A stretch of 60,821 bases of DNA, counting the filler, from Asterionella formosa (taxonomy: Eukaryota): NCBI GenBank assembly GCA_002256025.1. It is 7 parts of 7 records of this genome, joined end to end, with 100 filler letters (N's around TTAATTAATTAA, not from the genome) between each part and the next. Parts side by side here need not be neighbours in the genome. Positions count along the whole stretch, not along the records: positions 34,830 to 43,432 come from NKIB01011977.1; positions 43,533 to 52,133 come from NKIB01011981.1; 5 more parts are not named here. One strand, 5' to 3'. Under the pieces are notes generated by a model. It was not told where the DNA came from and did no database searches. It saw nothing but the letters and a program-made list of their open reading frames with translations. Positions 35,916 to 48,322 of this stretch are shown piece by piece; position 1 is the first letter of the stretch; the number at the start of each line of letters is the position of its first letter. The position numbers and the translations under genes are program-made.

Positions 35916-37529
35916 AGTTCCGCAAACGTGGAAGTGAAAAGGCATACTAGGTATCTACCAACTAAAGTGTACCAGGAGTCTACAGGTGAGTCTGCGTAGC
36001 GCTCTGGCCAAGGGGTACCTCCTCCCTACCATGGTCGGCCCCCTCCCTCCTCACAAAAAGGCATCACCGGCTGCAAGGACTGCTCATGCATCGGACACAG
36101 TGACCAAAGATTCACCACTACAACGAAAATCGACCGAAAACAACACTACAATAATCGATTTTGGGGCCAAATACTCTCTCCTAACAGCGGAGCCTCCCTT
36201 CGAACTCAATTACAATGTGCTAACGACCATGAATACAACCGAAAAACACGGCGACAACACTACTACAACTGACGATAACTACTACGATGATTGGAACAAC
36301 AAGAAAAATACAGTAATGGAACACAACATAATGGCCACAGGCGCCAACCGCAATGGCAATACCGCAACACACAAAAATTTCACGAGCCTTCAAAATGCAT
36401 TCATCTCCTCAAATCGGCGTGATCAGATCAACCTGACAAACGCAGCAACTGATTTCACCATGCCGGAAATTTCTTGCCCAATATAGTGGCAATCGCTGTG
36501 CGACAATCTCATGTATCGGACAAGATGGATACAGCTTCCTCCTTCCAGCGCAACACTATGGCAAACAATGTTACAACACTAGACTTCACGACCAAATCTT
36601 CTCTCAAGGCGGAACTCTCAGTCGACTCGACTCACTTCTCCCCTGCTGCATCGGCTGACCCCAATATTTTCGACAAAAATAATAATAATAGATATAAATA
36701 CAGTCAACACAACAACGATGAGATGAGATGGACACAAAGAAAAGAAATAAAGATGTAGATACATCTACAAACTACAAAAACGAAGTCAGATATAATGATA
36801 AATATGGAAACCCTACCGATTCTGCTACACAAGGGCTCACCAGTAAACCCAGCAAATGATAAAATAACAAGAGACAGAAGAAATTACAGTGGTCACAATC
36901 TATCAAACAATGACATGGACACAAAGAAAGGAAAGAAAGATGTAGATATATTAACAAACCGCAGTGCTGATGTCAGATACAACGATAAAAAAGGAAAACC
37001 TAGTACTACCAATGCCACTACACAAGAGCTCACTGATAACTCAGCATACAATGAAATTATAAGAGAAAGAAACAATTACAGTTCTCAAGATCTATCAAAC
37101 ATTGAAAGGGACAAAATGAAGACAAAGAAAGACATAGATACCTCTACAAACTACAACAACGATGCCAGAAATAATGATAATACGAAAAACCTACTAGTGA
37201 TTCCGCCACACAACAAACGTTCACCAGTAACCCTGCAAACAATGAAAGGACACCACAAGACAGCAGCAATGACAGTGATCACAATCTATCAAACAATCTA
37301 ACTGATGCAGTGATTTTGGACAGAATTTGCACATCCCCACATGTAACAGAAATCAATCACCAAAGTTGAACTACAAAAGTACGCCCACAATGTGAATTGT
37401 GGAAGGAATGTCATCCTTGGGTGCAATATTGGCTCCCTTAAGACTTATCAACCCCCCCCCCCATGTCTCTCCAGACACAAGTGCGATTATTAGTTTAGTT
37501 TTAACGTACTATAAAATTTTATTTTCCTC
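35916..37529 (+). mobile_element. 1.6-kb insertion nested in the LINE, flanked by a 19-bp target-site duplication
   Basis: CATCTAGAGGGTTATTCAT at 35897-35915 and 37530-37548. Removing the insert restores ELEHLEGYSSKVARKERKRL in frame. Confidence 0.9.
36728..37298. repeat. three diverged tandem units of about 190 bp within the nested insert
   Basis: ctatcaaaca recurs at 36900, 37092 and 37286; (a/g)tagata...acaaac and tcac blocks repeat in each unit. Confidence 0.8.
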
Positions 37530-40370
37530 CATCTAGAGGGTTATTCATCCAAAGTGGCCAGAAAAGAAAGAAAAAGACTCAGAGCCATTTTGCAAGCAGA
37601 GCAGTCCAAAGCCGGTTTTCAACGACAAAAAAGTATTTTTAATCCATGCAAAGCTGGAGCATTATCAAAGGTTCTAGTCCCTACAATTACAGTAGAAGAA
37701 TCAATCATAACATGGACAACGGAATTCGAGGCAGAAGGCCTGGAACAGGCATTACTCAAGCAGTGCCATTCCCATTATCAAAAGCAGCTATCACGCAATT
37801 TGGGCATGGACCAATGAAAGATTTACTTGGGTTCAACGGGCTCACTGAGGCTTTCCAGGCGTCAGAGAGTTTGTTGCGGCAATGGCGATCTCAGAGGAAA
37901 TGAAAGACTTAGCTCCGCTGAACAAACAGATTAAATTGGAGGATCTTACCAAAGAAATAAGAGAATGGAAGGAATCAACGTCTACTTCTACAAGTGGGAG
38001 GCATTTTGGAAACGATAAAGTGGCTCTACAGGATAAAGAACTTTCAGAAGGGTACTCAAAAAATGATAAATATGCCAGTCCGGTATGGGTTCTCTCCAAA
38101 TAGAAGGCAAAATGCGATGTCAGTAATGTTGGAAAAAGACAAAGGTGATCCAAAGATACACAGACTCAGGATTATACATTTGTTTGAAGCAGACTATAAT
38201 TTATTTTTGAAACTGATTTGGGGATGCCGCATGATAGGAAGAGCAGAAAAATCGGGGTCTTAGGAGAAGAAATGCAAGGATTGATAAAAACAGAAGTAAT
38301 TTGGATGTGTTATTTAAGAAAACATTGACGTTCGACATAGCAAGACAACAACGATCAAATCTGGCGCTATTTGACAATGACGCTGCAAGCTGCTATGATA
38401 GAATACTTGTAAATCTGGCTATGCTTTGTTCCGAGAGGTTTGGGGTACCCACGGAGGCTATACTGGCTCACTCGGAGACTCTACGTCTGATGAAATACAC
38501 GATTAAAACTGTGTATGGAACCTCCCAGGGCTTTTATCGAAGTACAGATCAAGAACAGTTAGCGGGAACAGGTCAGGGGAGTGGCGCCTCCCCGGCCGTG
38601 TGGCTTTCAATATGCATTGTTTTATTAATAGCATATAAAAGGAATGCGCCAAGGAGCATGAGGTACATTGACCCGACAGCGAGAATTACATCAGATCGAA
38701 ATGGGGATGCATTCGTAGACGATACACGGATAGGTTTCAATGACGAAAAAAAGCACCAATGGATCTCATCACAATGCTGAATACGCTCAGAGAATGCGCA
38801 CAACTTTAGGAAAATCTGCTTTTCTCCTCAGGTGGAGCATTGGAACTATCGAAATGCTACTATCAAATAATGCACTGGCATTGGGATCAGCTAGGGTATC
38901 CAAGACTCACAGTTTTAAAACAAAGCAAGTCAGATCCATCTCCACCAGAGGAATATGATGTTGGTCAGTAACAAAATTATGCACTGAAAATATTTTCAGG
39001 AAGAGATACAAGTCCAACAACAATAGAATACAAATCTCCGGAAAGAAGTACAAAATGTTTTCTCTTGAAGAGAAAGCTGATGTTAAGAAAACCGCTGGGA
39101 AGATGGACAACACCGCCGACCCAAGACTGGTCAACATACATCCAGCTAGAAGGGGAAAAACTATGGGTTTTGGATAAGAATACAAAACAGTGGAAAGTGT
39201 ACACAAATAAGTCACAAGGGCTGCATACTATGGTGCAATTTGATCAAAGAGAGAGGGGCAACAGGGGGTTCAACTTACCAAAGAATAGTTTACCATGTGA
39301 TATAAATTACAATTAGAGTGTCACCTATCGCACAATTGATTTTAATCCATGGAAGCAAGAAATGCAAAGATCCGGAGTACGTACATGGCTGGAGTAATGC
39401 AATTCTAAAATTTCCACTACAAGAACAAAGATTGGTTCAGGCTGTTGTCATGAACCCAGCTTCAGAAACAAGGTTACGAAGTCATCTACAGCTAGGACTA
39501 AAAATTAAGCTGGCCACAGATGGGTCCATGGAATCGGACTCTACTAGATGCTCCTTTGCGTGGAAACTGCATACTCAGAGCTCTCGAAACTCCATTCCCA
39601 CTCAAACAGCGGCATGTGCGGGACCGGTAGATGGCGATTCATCCCAAAACAGCTCAACCAGAGCGGAACCATTTGGACTAGCCTCGGTTTTGAGATTTTT
39701 ACAGATATTTATAAATTATTTTGAGATAGACAAGACGTCAGAGGTACAGATATGGACTGACAGTGCAGCTGCCCTGTCGAGTATCAGATTTTTATCGTGG
39801 AGTTTACATACAGTTAACTCCAACCAGATCTCAGTCCCAGCTGATGAACGAGGTCATCTCTTTGGCCTTCCTCTCTCTCAACACTTACTTCATTCCCCAT
39901 TGGCAATGACGGCCTGGCTGGCAAACTATCGTGCAGGTCAACTCCGCCTCACATCCCATACTATATGACAAGACAAATGTCGTCAGAGCACAATACGACA
40001 ATTTCTTATCTGTTACGCAAACCCTCGTCGTCCCTCTTCACCCGTCTTAGTCAGTCTAATCGAATCTGGCGCTTTTTCACGCCCCGGTGCGACCCAACAA
40101 ACTCCACGCTATAGTCAAGGCTCAATAATGCGTATGATACTTAAAAATTTAGTTACCATATATGATATATTGCCATGTATTCGAAGCAATGTTCATATTG
40201 CCCCTCGATGTCTAATAGCTACCATATCAGACGAGCTCAAACTCGCTTTGACGAAATAATAGTCACGCGTACTTTTTAAGAAGTACGCAAACTTCGCAAA
40301 AGAAAGCGAAATTTGCCAAAAAACACGCGACTAGAATTTCGCATGTTATTTCGAAAATAAACAGCGAGGT

Positions 40371-42860
40371 CTATACATGATACACATCAGGAATTTTCCA
40401 CATAGCGAGGAAGTACAGAGTTTCCCGTACCTCCCTGGTGTTGTTGATGTCTGTTTCCTTGTTGCTGGTGTCTGCGATTGTTATCGTCAAATTGATCGTC
40501 CTGAGCACATTTGGTATGTAGAAAAAGTGCTGTGGCAACCCGTAGATCATGAAGTGGTTAGGATATTGGGTTCCTACAGCGATCTGGAGTTGCTGGTGCG
40601 AGAAATCGAGAAGTTGAAAGTCCATTTGTGGACTGATTTTACGTACCTAGAGTTGCGACAGACAGCCTGTATCATGTTGTCCATGATTGTAAGTTAGGGC
40701 TCGAAAAACGAAGATCGAGATTGGAGCAAGCCACTGTCTATAGGTGGCTCGATTTGTCTCAATGTGGGTTAGCCAAGTGCACAATCAGTCGGCAGTGAAG
40801 CAATTTCCTAGGACAAAGCGGACAACTGGGATCATGATCTTTATGGTTGTTTCAAAATCTGAAACCATCTTCGCAACAATCAACAGTTTCATGTCGCTCA
40901 AATGTTTCATGATATGATTGTAGCAGTCGCTGTCTCATGCTGCATCAATTATTTCATTTGTTGGCACATAGGAGGCAGATTGGAAGGGAGATTTGGTTTG
41001 GGTACCATCTTTGCAGTGTAGAGGAAACACAAAAAATGCTCTACGGATGTGTAGACTTGATTGCTGATCGCTGCCTTCTCGTCGTCGGTTTGATTGGTGC
41101 GCGCCTTTTGGCTGCAAGTCGAGCATGGAACAAAGTTCAGCAGGATCATCGGTGGAACTGGTGATGAGAACGTTCTTGAACAGGAAAGGCGGGACTTGGA
41201 CAAGATGGTTGATTTCGGGGGTCATAACGTTAGTTGCAGTGGTGAGGTGCAAGCAAGGTGCTGAGTTGTTCAGGAGTGGTGGAGTGATCATGTGAGGCTT
41301 CGTTGTTGGGGATGATGATCATGATGGCTGCAAAGGCTTGTTAGCTTCGAAAAACACTGGTTGGGCGATGGATCCCAATCCGAGGAGGGCTTCATAGGCC
41401 GTTGCCAACTGTCCTCAGTTATCGCCTGTGAGGACGATATGATTGTGGTAGAAGTGAAAATTGAGGTCAAGAGGAGGATCTATCATTGCATGTAATTTGA
41501 AGAGAGTGTTGGTTAGGAGGGTTTGACGAGTTTCTGGCTTGGTTGCTGCATGCTCAACAAGCAAGGTTGCAAAGTGATGAAACATCATGGTCAATAAATT
41601 GTTCCATAAAATAGTTCTTCCAGGTGTTTGTGAGTATCATGTTGCTAGAGATTTTGTTTATTGATATGGACTATAAATTGCAAAAGGCTTGGCGATGTTT
41701 TAGACTGCTTCTCTGAATCATTATTCAAAGAATTGTGCGCTTCACCCCCGCACTTAATAACTTGTTTAAATCTCGCCTGGTTGCTGTATTCTTCCCTTGT
41801 CTTAGCTGCCAACTCTTGGTTGTTTGATTCAACTCTAAAAGCTAGAACTTAATAGTTGTGTTGTTGCTATGTTAATATCTCAGCTTCGACTCCTTCGATT
41901 CGCGTTGCCTGGGTTGTATAGTAAGGTGCTCGCCTGGTATAACTCCATCATGTCTGTCCTTGTCCATATAAAGTACCGGTTGTACACAAGTACATACCAG
42001 TAGTTTGCAGGCTTCTTGTCCTGTTTACTACATTTTGCAGCTGCGCAAGACCATCACCAAAACCCACAATACGACTGTATGCATGTACCATAAGCACCAA
42101 AATCAGACAAAAGTAGCTCTCATGATCAAGTATCAGTATGGTACGGTAGGTGTAGTATCATTCAAACAAAAGATCAACTAAAAGCAACAATCCATCAGCC
42201 ATGGTGACCAAGATTGACATTCAAGGGTAAGACTTTCTCCTTCCTTTTGCTTTGTAGCGAAAAGCATTTTTATTGCATCTAAAATGATCTACTGATAATT
42301 TAGTGCATGTTCTTTAATTGCAATAAGCAATGTTATTGGGTTATTCTCAATCTTTATGTAATCCAATCTTTCTTCAATCTTATTCTTCATGGCTTTGTAG
42401 CATCTTTCCCAGAGCAACTCATATGCCTTGGTATTAATGTTTTTGTAGATCTTTATGCTCTTGCTGTACTAAGCATTGTAATTGGCCTAAAATCGATTTC
42501 AAATTGTCGATTCAGTACAAAGCAATCTTCTTCTGTTGTTGCAGAGCTCAGCTGTATTCTTGGCTTCCATGCCAATCATGCGTTCATTGGTTCTAAAAAT
42601 TTGAGCGCAGTTCCTATGTCATTGCCATAATCAAATAAATTCTTGATGAAGTTGATCAGGTACTCTGTGGTAGTTTCAAAAATCAGATGCCTGCTTTGCC
42701 GATCAGAGGTAATAGTTGTAGTCATTGATAGACCTCGTGTTGGAATGGGATGCAGTATTGCTCCCTCCCTTGGCTTGGAACCTGCCCTTGACTTGAGCCA
42801 TCTTGGTGAACTTTCCTTTGCCACTCATCTTGCACCTTTTGCGACTTCTTCAGACTCTGT
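40371..42860 (-). mobile_element. highly degenerate Ty1/copia LTR-retrotransposon relic (gag to integrase)
   Basis: Gag-like FETTTEYLINFIKNLFDYGNDIGTALKFLEP; pre-integrase-like CKDGTQTKSP...VPTNE; integrase-like NNTREVRETLYFLAMWKIP. No LTR found. Confidence 0.55.
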
Positions 42861-43532
42861 ATGGTCTGGTACCCTCGATTCTTTACTCTGGACTCTCCAC
42901 AGTCCGCATCATATGGATTATTAATTGTTCAAATGATTGAGCTGGCTCAAGTCTCAGTGTACCAGAAACCTTGGACTAAAAATAGTACGAGCTCCTCTGG
43001 ACAGCTGCAATGGACTTGCCTTTCGCAAAATATTCCAAAATTCCTGTCCATATAAATGTCGTCTATCAGCGAAAGGGTCTGTGCATTGCTCTTGTCAGTT
43101 TGATCATATGTTGGTTGCTTGTCCCTCAGAAACCACAAATACCTATAGAAGCATTCATTTCATTTCATAAATTGCATTTCAGCTAATACAACAAGAAATT
43201 CCACAAGAATCAAAGATTAAGTTTGGTAACCCCCAAAAAGCTCAGTGAGCTAGTTTGGTACAAAACCAAACACCAAAAGACATCACGACAATCAAAGACA
43301 GCACCACATAATTCACTGCCATCCATCCCTCCAATCCACCCCCACCCCCTTCAAACACATATCCTGTAGATAGAGCAAGCGATCCAGCAAATAAGAACAT
43401 GATAAAATCATTGGCTGCTTGTACTTTTGTTTNNNNNNNNNNNNNNNNNNNNNNNNNNNNNNNNNNNNNNNNNNNNTTAATTAATTAANNNNNNNNNNNN
43501 NNNNNNNNNNNNNNNNNNNNNNNNNNNNNNNN

Positions 43533-45134
43533 TTTTCCCTTTTCCTCCTCCTCCTCCTGAACCTCGTCCACGTCACCTTCTAAGACCATCTTTTCTTGCT
43601 GGTCTTCTGCCTCCCTCACCACCGCAACAAGCTCGGCTTGTATGGATGGATAAAAAATGATACCACGTCCATTTCTATCACCTGCGCGTCCACATCTACC
43701 CATTCTGTGAAGGTGGGCCACGACATTACGGGCGAATTGGAGCTGCACCACCACCGTGACTCCTGGAACATCTAGACCTCGGCTTGCCAAGTCGGTACAG
43801 ACCATGACTGGGATCTTCCCAGATCGAAATGCCTCTAAATTGTCTTGTCTATCTTGCACAGAAATCTTGGCATGGTATGGTACGCTCATTAACCCAGCTC
43901 TTTCCAAGGCGCCTTGGGCGCCATCTACGTCGTCCACGGAATTCAAAAAGACCATACACTTTTCTCCCACCAATCCTCCATCATCCTTTGGCAGCTGCAA
44001 CAATCTCACTAGTTCCTTCATTCTTTCCTTGTTAGAATCCTCCTGAATCCATAGTGTCTGCTCACTCAATCCAGTATGTCGTGCTCGATGCATGCCTGCC
44101 ATGCTAATTCGTGTGGCTTTAGGAAATTTCCTGGTAATGTATGCCTCCACGGAACGTAATCCCATGTCAGGGAGTGTCGCCGCAGAAAAAACATACTGAG
44201 TTCTGGCAACGCCATAATCTTTGTCAAGTTTATCGGCTCTACGAAATCCCATTAATACTTCTTCGAATGGACGAATGTAGCCACCATCGAGCAACATGTC
44301 GGCTTCGTCAATGACAAGCGTGCGGATATCGACAAACATATTCATGTGAGCGGGTTTCAATCCAAGGGGTGCAACTGCAGCAGGTGTAGAAATAATAATA
44401 TCCACTGGAAGTTCTTTTCCACCCATACCGATGGTCTTGCGGAAGGGTGGAAAGTCTGCAGGAGCAGAAAGTCCACCTGGCATAACAGCGAGCCTAATTA
44501 TGCTCTGAGGGTCCGTTGTCTCGGTGGTAACTGAGTTTTCTAAAGCTCTAGTCCCACCAGTGACCAACGCCTGGTTTCCACCACAGAGTGGCAATGCCAT
44601 TCGCAACACTTGCTGTACAAGTTCTTTATTGGGCACCAATATAATGGCGCGACAGTAGTCATACGTAGGAATGCCGTCGGTTTTGGACATCAAAATATCA
44701 TTCAATAGTGGAAGCAAATAAGCCAGTGTTTTCCCAGAGCCTGTTTCGGCCCCAATGGTAACGTCTCCTCCTTCCGATACGGCTTGGTAAGTAGCAGCTT
44801 GGACTACAGATGGCTTAGTCAATCCAATGGCTGCCAATCGCTCGATCAAGACTGGAGATGTGATCCCAATGTCAGCAAACGAGTGGTCCGAGAAGAATTT
44901 GTCGTTGGATACGGATGAGAATAGTCTTGACTCAGGAGCCTTCGCGAAATGTGGAAGCCCTGTCGGACGAACAAGTTGATGCACAAGTCTATTCGGATGT
45001 GTGAATGCTTCTAAATAGGCCCTCCTTCGAACGGCGGCACTTGCAGACCTCCTTGCCGTAAAGGCGGCAGCTGCGCTGAGACATGTATGCATTATCAGGA
45101 AGGAACTGACAGTGAAGTGATCGAAAATGCGCAT
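43533..45134 (-). CDS. DEAD-box RNA helicase with a probable bipartite (plastid) presequence; 3' end cut by the contig end
   Basis: FADIGI...PSVVQ, AETGSGKT, PNKELV, DEAD, SAAT, SRGLD, HRMGRCGR. The N-terminal hydrophobic stretch ends AAAA-FTARRS. Confidence 0.93.
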
Positions 45135-46216
45135 ATCTTAGTTGCTATGTGCGCAAACACTTTTTCCTTGCTGTCATGGTCATGCAATCTGAGTGAACCG
45201 ACGACAAAAGGATCACTCATCATCCGTCGCTCTGCCATCCTCAAGTCCTCGGTAGGCTAATAGCGCGATGATGCAGGTATACTACTACCTGATGGGGATC
45301 TATTATTTTAGCTAAATAATGTTCTACGTACAAATATCCCAGGTCATTATACAAACTGGTATAGTACGTATGTGCATACCAGTATTTACCTGTCGTAGAT
45401 GCATTATTTGTGTACACTTGATGTTTTCTTTTTAAGCATTTGGGTGGCGGAGCCGAGTGTGGTGTCGGCATGATAGACGACTGACCGACAATGAGATTGT
45501 ACCTGGTACCTGGTACCAGTAGNNNNNNNNNNNNNNNNNNNNNNNNNNNNNNNNNNNNNNNNNNNNNNNNNNNNNNNNNNNNNNNNNNNNNNNNNNNNNN
45601 NNNNNNNNNNNNNNNNNNNNNNNNNNNNNNNNNNNNNNNNNNNNNNNNNNNNNNNNNNNNNNNNNNNNNNNNNNNNNNNNNNNNNNNNNNNNNNNNNNNN
45701 NNNNNNNNNNNNNNNNNNNNNNNNNNNNNNNNNNNNNNNNNNNNNNNNNNNNNNNNNNNNNNNNNNNNNNNNNNNNNNNNNNNNNNNNNNNNNNNNNNNN
45801 NNNNNNNNNNNNNNNNNNNNNNNNNNNNNNNNNNNNNNNNNNNNNNNNNNNNNNNNNNNNNNNNNNNNNNNNNNNNNNNNNNNNNNNNNNNNNNNNNNNN
45901 NNNNNNNNNNNNNNNNNNNNNNNNNNNNNNNNNNNNNNNNNNNNNNNNNNNNNNNNNNNNNNNNNNNNNNNNNNNNNNNNNNNNNNNNNNNNNNNNNNNN
46001 NNNNNNNNNNNNNNNNNNNNNNNNNNNNNNNNNNNNNNNNNNNNNNNNNNNNNNNNNNNNNNNNNNNNNNNNNNNNNNNNNNNNNNNNNNNNNNNNNNNN
46101 NNNNNNNNNNNNNNNNNNNNNNNNNNNNNNNNNNNNNNNNNNCCAGAATCCCTGATGAAAGGAACAACGCCGCACTAGAAAAGCTATAAGCAAAGTTTAA
46201 CGAAGAAAGAACGAAA

Positions 46217-47167
46217 ATGACGATGCTCACTGTTGCAACGCTTCCCACCGTCTTTGACGACATCAAGCCACTTGCTCAAGACGATGGTCCTCACCCTGTA
46301 TGTGTCATTGACTACAAGCCAGACTTCGAAATAGCCCATGACTATCTTCGAGCTGTCCTTAAGAAGAATGAAAAATCAGAGCGAGCGCTTGCGCTAACCG
46401 GCATGTGCCTTGCCTTCAATCCAGCCAATTATACCGTATGGCACTATCGGCGTGAAATATTGAAGGAGCTAGGCTTCGAAGTACAAGCCGAGCTAGAGTG
46501 GTCTGCTGGCTTGGGCGGCAGTAATCCAAAAAATTATCAACTCTGGCACCATCGCCGGGCCCTGTTGGAGCACGTGGGATCCTTTGACGTTGCGAAGGAA
46601 CTAGAGTACGTCGCCGTCGTGTTGAAGGACGACGGAAAAAATTATCATGCTTGGTCGCATCGGCAATGGATCCTACGGAATGGCAACTCGGACTGCTGGG
46701 AGAACGAGTTGACATTTTTGGAGACTTTAATTACGGAAGATGGTCGCAACAATAGTGCATGGAATCAAAGGTGGTTTGTTTCTCATTGTGGATTAAGAGA
46801 AAAGCTCAGCAAGGATCAAGCTACTGTAGAAGCTGCATACGCCATTCGTCAATGCAAAATTGACCCTTACAACGAATCGCCCTGGCGCTATTTGATTGGT
46901 GTATTGAAAGAAGCACCGGACCTTGTGGAGGAATGTCAAGCTAAGGCTGTTGAGCTGAAATCAGTGTTGATTGGGGCAGGAAAAGATCCAGATGGTTGTG
47001 TATCGCTCAACTCGGCAAATATCGACATGTTAGAAATGATGAAAAGAAAGAATAGCTTAGAAAATGCCATAGAGCTAGCCAAAACAATGGCAGCGACGCA
47101 TGACACGATTCGGGCCAAGTATTGGGATCTACGAGTGAGAGAACTTAAGGCCAAAATGGAAGGATAG
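46217..47167 (+). CDS. FNTA: protein farnesyltransferase/geranylgeranyltransferase type-1 alpha subunit
   Basis: PLAQDDGPHPVCVIDY; PPTA repeats NPANYTVWHYR, NPKNYQLWHHR, KNYHAWSHR, RNNSAWNQR, NESPWRY; DTIRAKYW. Confidence 0.95.
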   Translation: MTMLTVATLPTVFDDIKPLAQDDGPHPVCVIDYKPDFEIAHDYLRAVLKKNEKSERALALTGMCLAFNPANYTVWHYRREILKELGFEVQAELEWSAGLGGSNPKNYQLWHHRRALLEHVGSFDVAKELEYVAVVLKDDGKNYHAWSHRQWILRNGNSDCWENELTFLETLITEDGRNNSAWNQRWFVSHCGLREKLSKDQATVEAAYAIRQCKIDPYNESPWRYLIGVLKEAPDLVEECQAKAVELKSVLIGAGKDPDGCVSLNSANIDMLEMMKRKNSLENAIELAKTMAATHDTIRAKYWDLRVRELKAKMEG

Positions 47168-47343
47168 GCAATCAAGCTCATTCTTCGCTCTATCATTTGA
47201 GTTCGTTGCATTGCATTCAAAACAATCCCTTCAACTGTTTGAAAATTTTGATGGATTTGCACATTCAAACCGCATCTAAAAGCAACAGTCTGTAAAACCA
47301 GCAAGTAAAAAGACAAAGGAGACAGTATATAAAAAGCAGCATA

Positions 47344-48322
47344 CTATAATACAGTATCCTCATTGTCGACTTTGAGATTCACTTCAGTTCGATTCCTTTG
47401 CTTGTCGCCTCGCTGTGCTCGTCTGTATTGGATTTCGGTTCGTCCTTCTTTGTAATTGGTCCACCGAGCGGCCGTGAAGAAAAAATCGGATAATCGGTTT
47501 AGATATTTCAAGGCGTTTGGATCACAAACATCGTCGGCAACCAATCCAACAACTCGTCGCTCTGCTCGCCTACACACTGTGCGGCAAACATGAAGTTGGG
47601 CAGCTGCTTTGCCACCAGTAGGTAAGACAAAAGAAGATAATTCAGGGAGCTCTTCTGTCATGAAATCAATCCAATCCTCCAACTCTGAAATGTGGCGTTC
47701 GTCAAAGCCGCCACCAATGCCGTCAGCAACAAACAATATTGGCTCCTCGTCGTCGTCCGGGTCAATTCGTCTAGGTTTGGCGACATGACTGCCAATATCA
47801 AACAATCGACTCATGACATCCAAAAGCCATTCTGGAAGGTTGCCATACTCAAAAGTGGTACATGTTGTCATCTCGGCATGCACCACTCCTGTCGTGGAAC
47901 ACAGTTCATCAACAGTTCCCATCGCTTCAAAGGCATCATCCGTTTTCGATCTTCGTTCTCCCGTCAAAAGTTGCGATGTTCCCTTGTCTCCACCTCGTGT
48001 GTAGGGAACATTTTTACTAGTATGCTTTCCACCATGCCGTCCTCCTCGTCCCACAGCATTTGCAGTTGGAGTAGAACAAGAATCACTCGTGCAGGCTGAT
48101 GACGCACTCCCATCCAACTCATCCAACAACCTTTTGGCAGAGTCCAAGTCTCCACTTTTCAATTTCGCCTCTCGTGATGCACCTGACTTGACACGTTGCC
48201 ATCCATAAGGACAATGCCGACATTGCGATCCACAACACACGCCTCGTTTGAGATGCGCCAATTCGGTAAACACAGTAAATCCGGTGGCTGGGTCGTTGTA
48301 CGTAAGATCTCCATGTCGGAGG
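47344..48322 (-). CDS. MMAB: cob(I)alamin adenosyltransferase (PduO/MMAB type) with an N-terminal DUF5522-like Cys cluster; the start lies in the N gap
   Basis: YNDPATG...F...[18 protein letters not shown]; then [10 protein letters not shown]...R.SK...EAMGTVDEL...LFDIGSHVA...FVLPTGG...[13 protein letters not shown]...[10 protein letters not shown]. Confidence 0.9.

Larger units (their letters stand above)
35070..39968 (+). mobile_element. decayed non-LTR retrotransposon ORF2 (AP endonuclease-RT-RNase H; Ambal-like diatom LINE)
   Basis: APE: ILMMDANE...TYNRG...IDYILG...EHRAIYIDF. RT: RIIHLFEADYN, DNDAASCYDRI, GTGQGSGASP, AFVDDT. RNase H: ATDGS...GPVDG...STRAE...IWTDS. Many frameshifts, stops and deletions. 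Confidence 0.9.
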
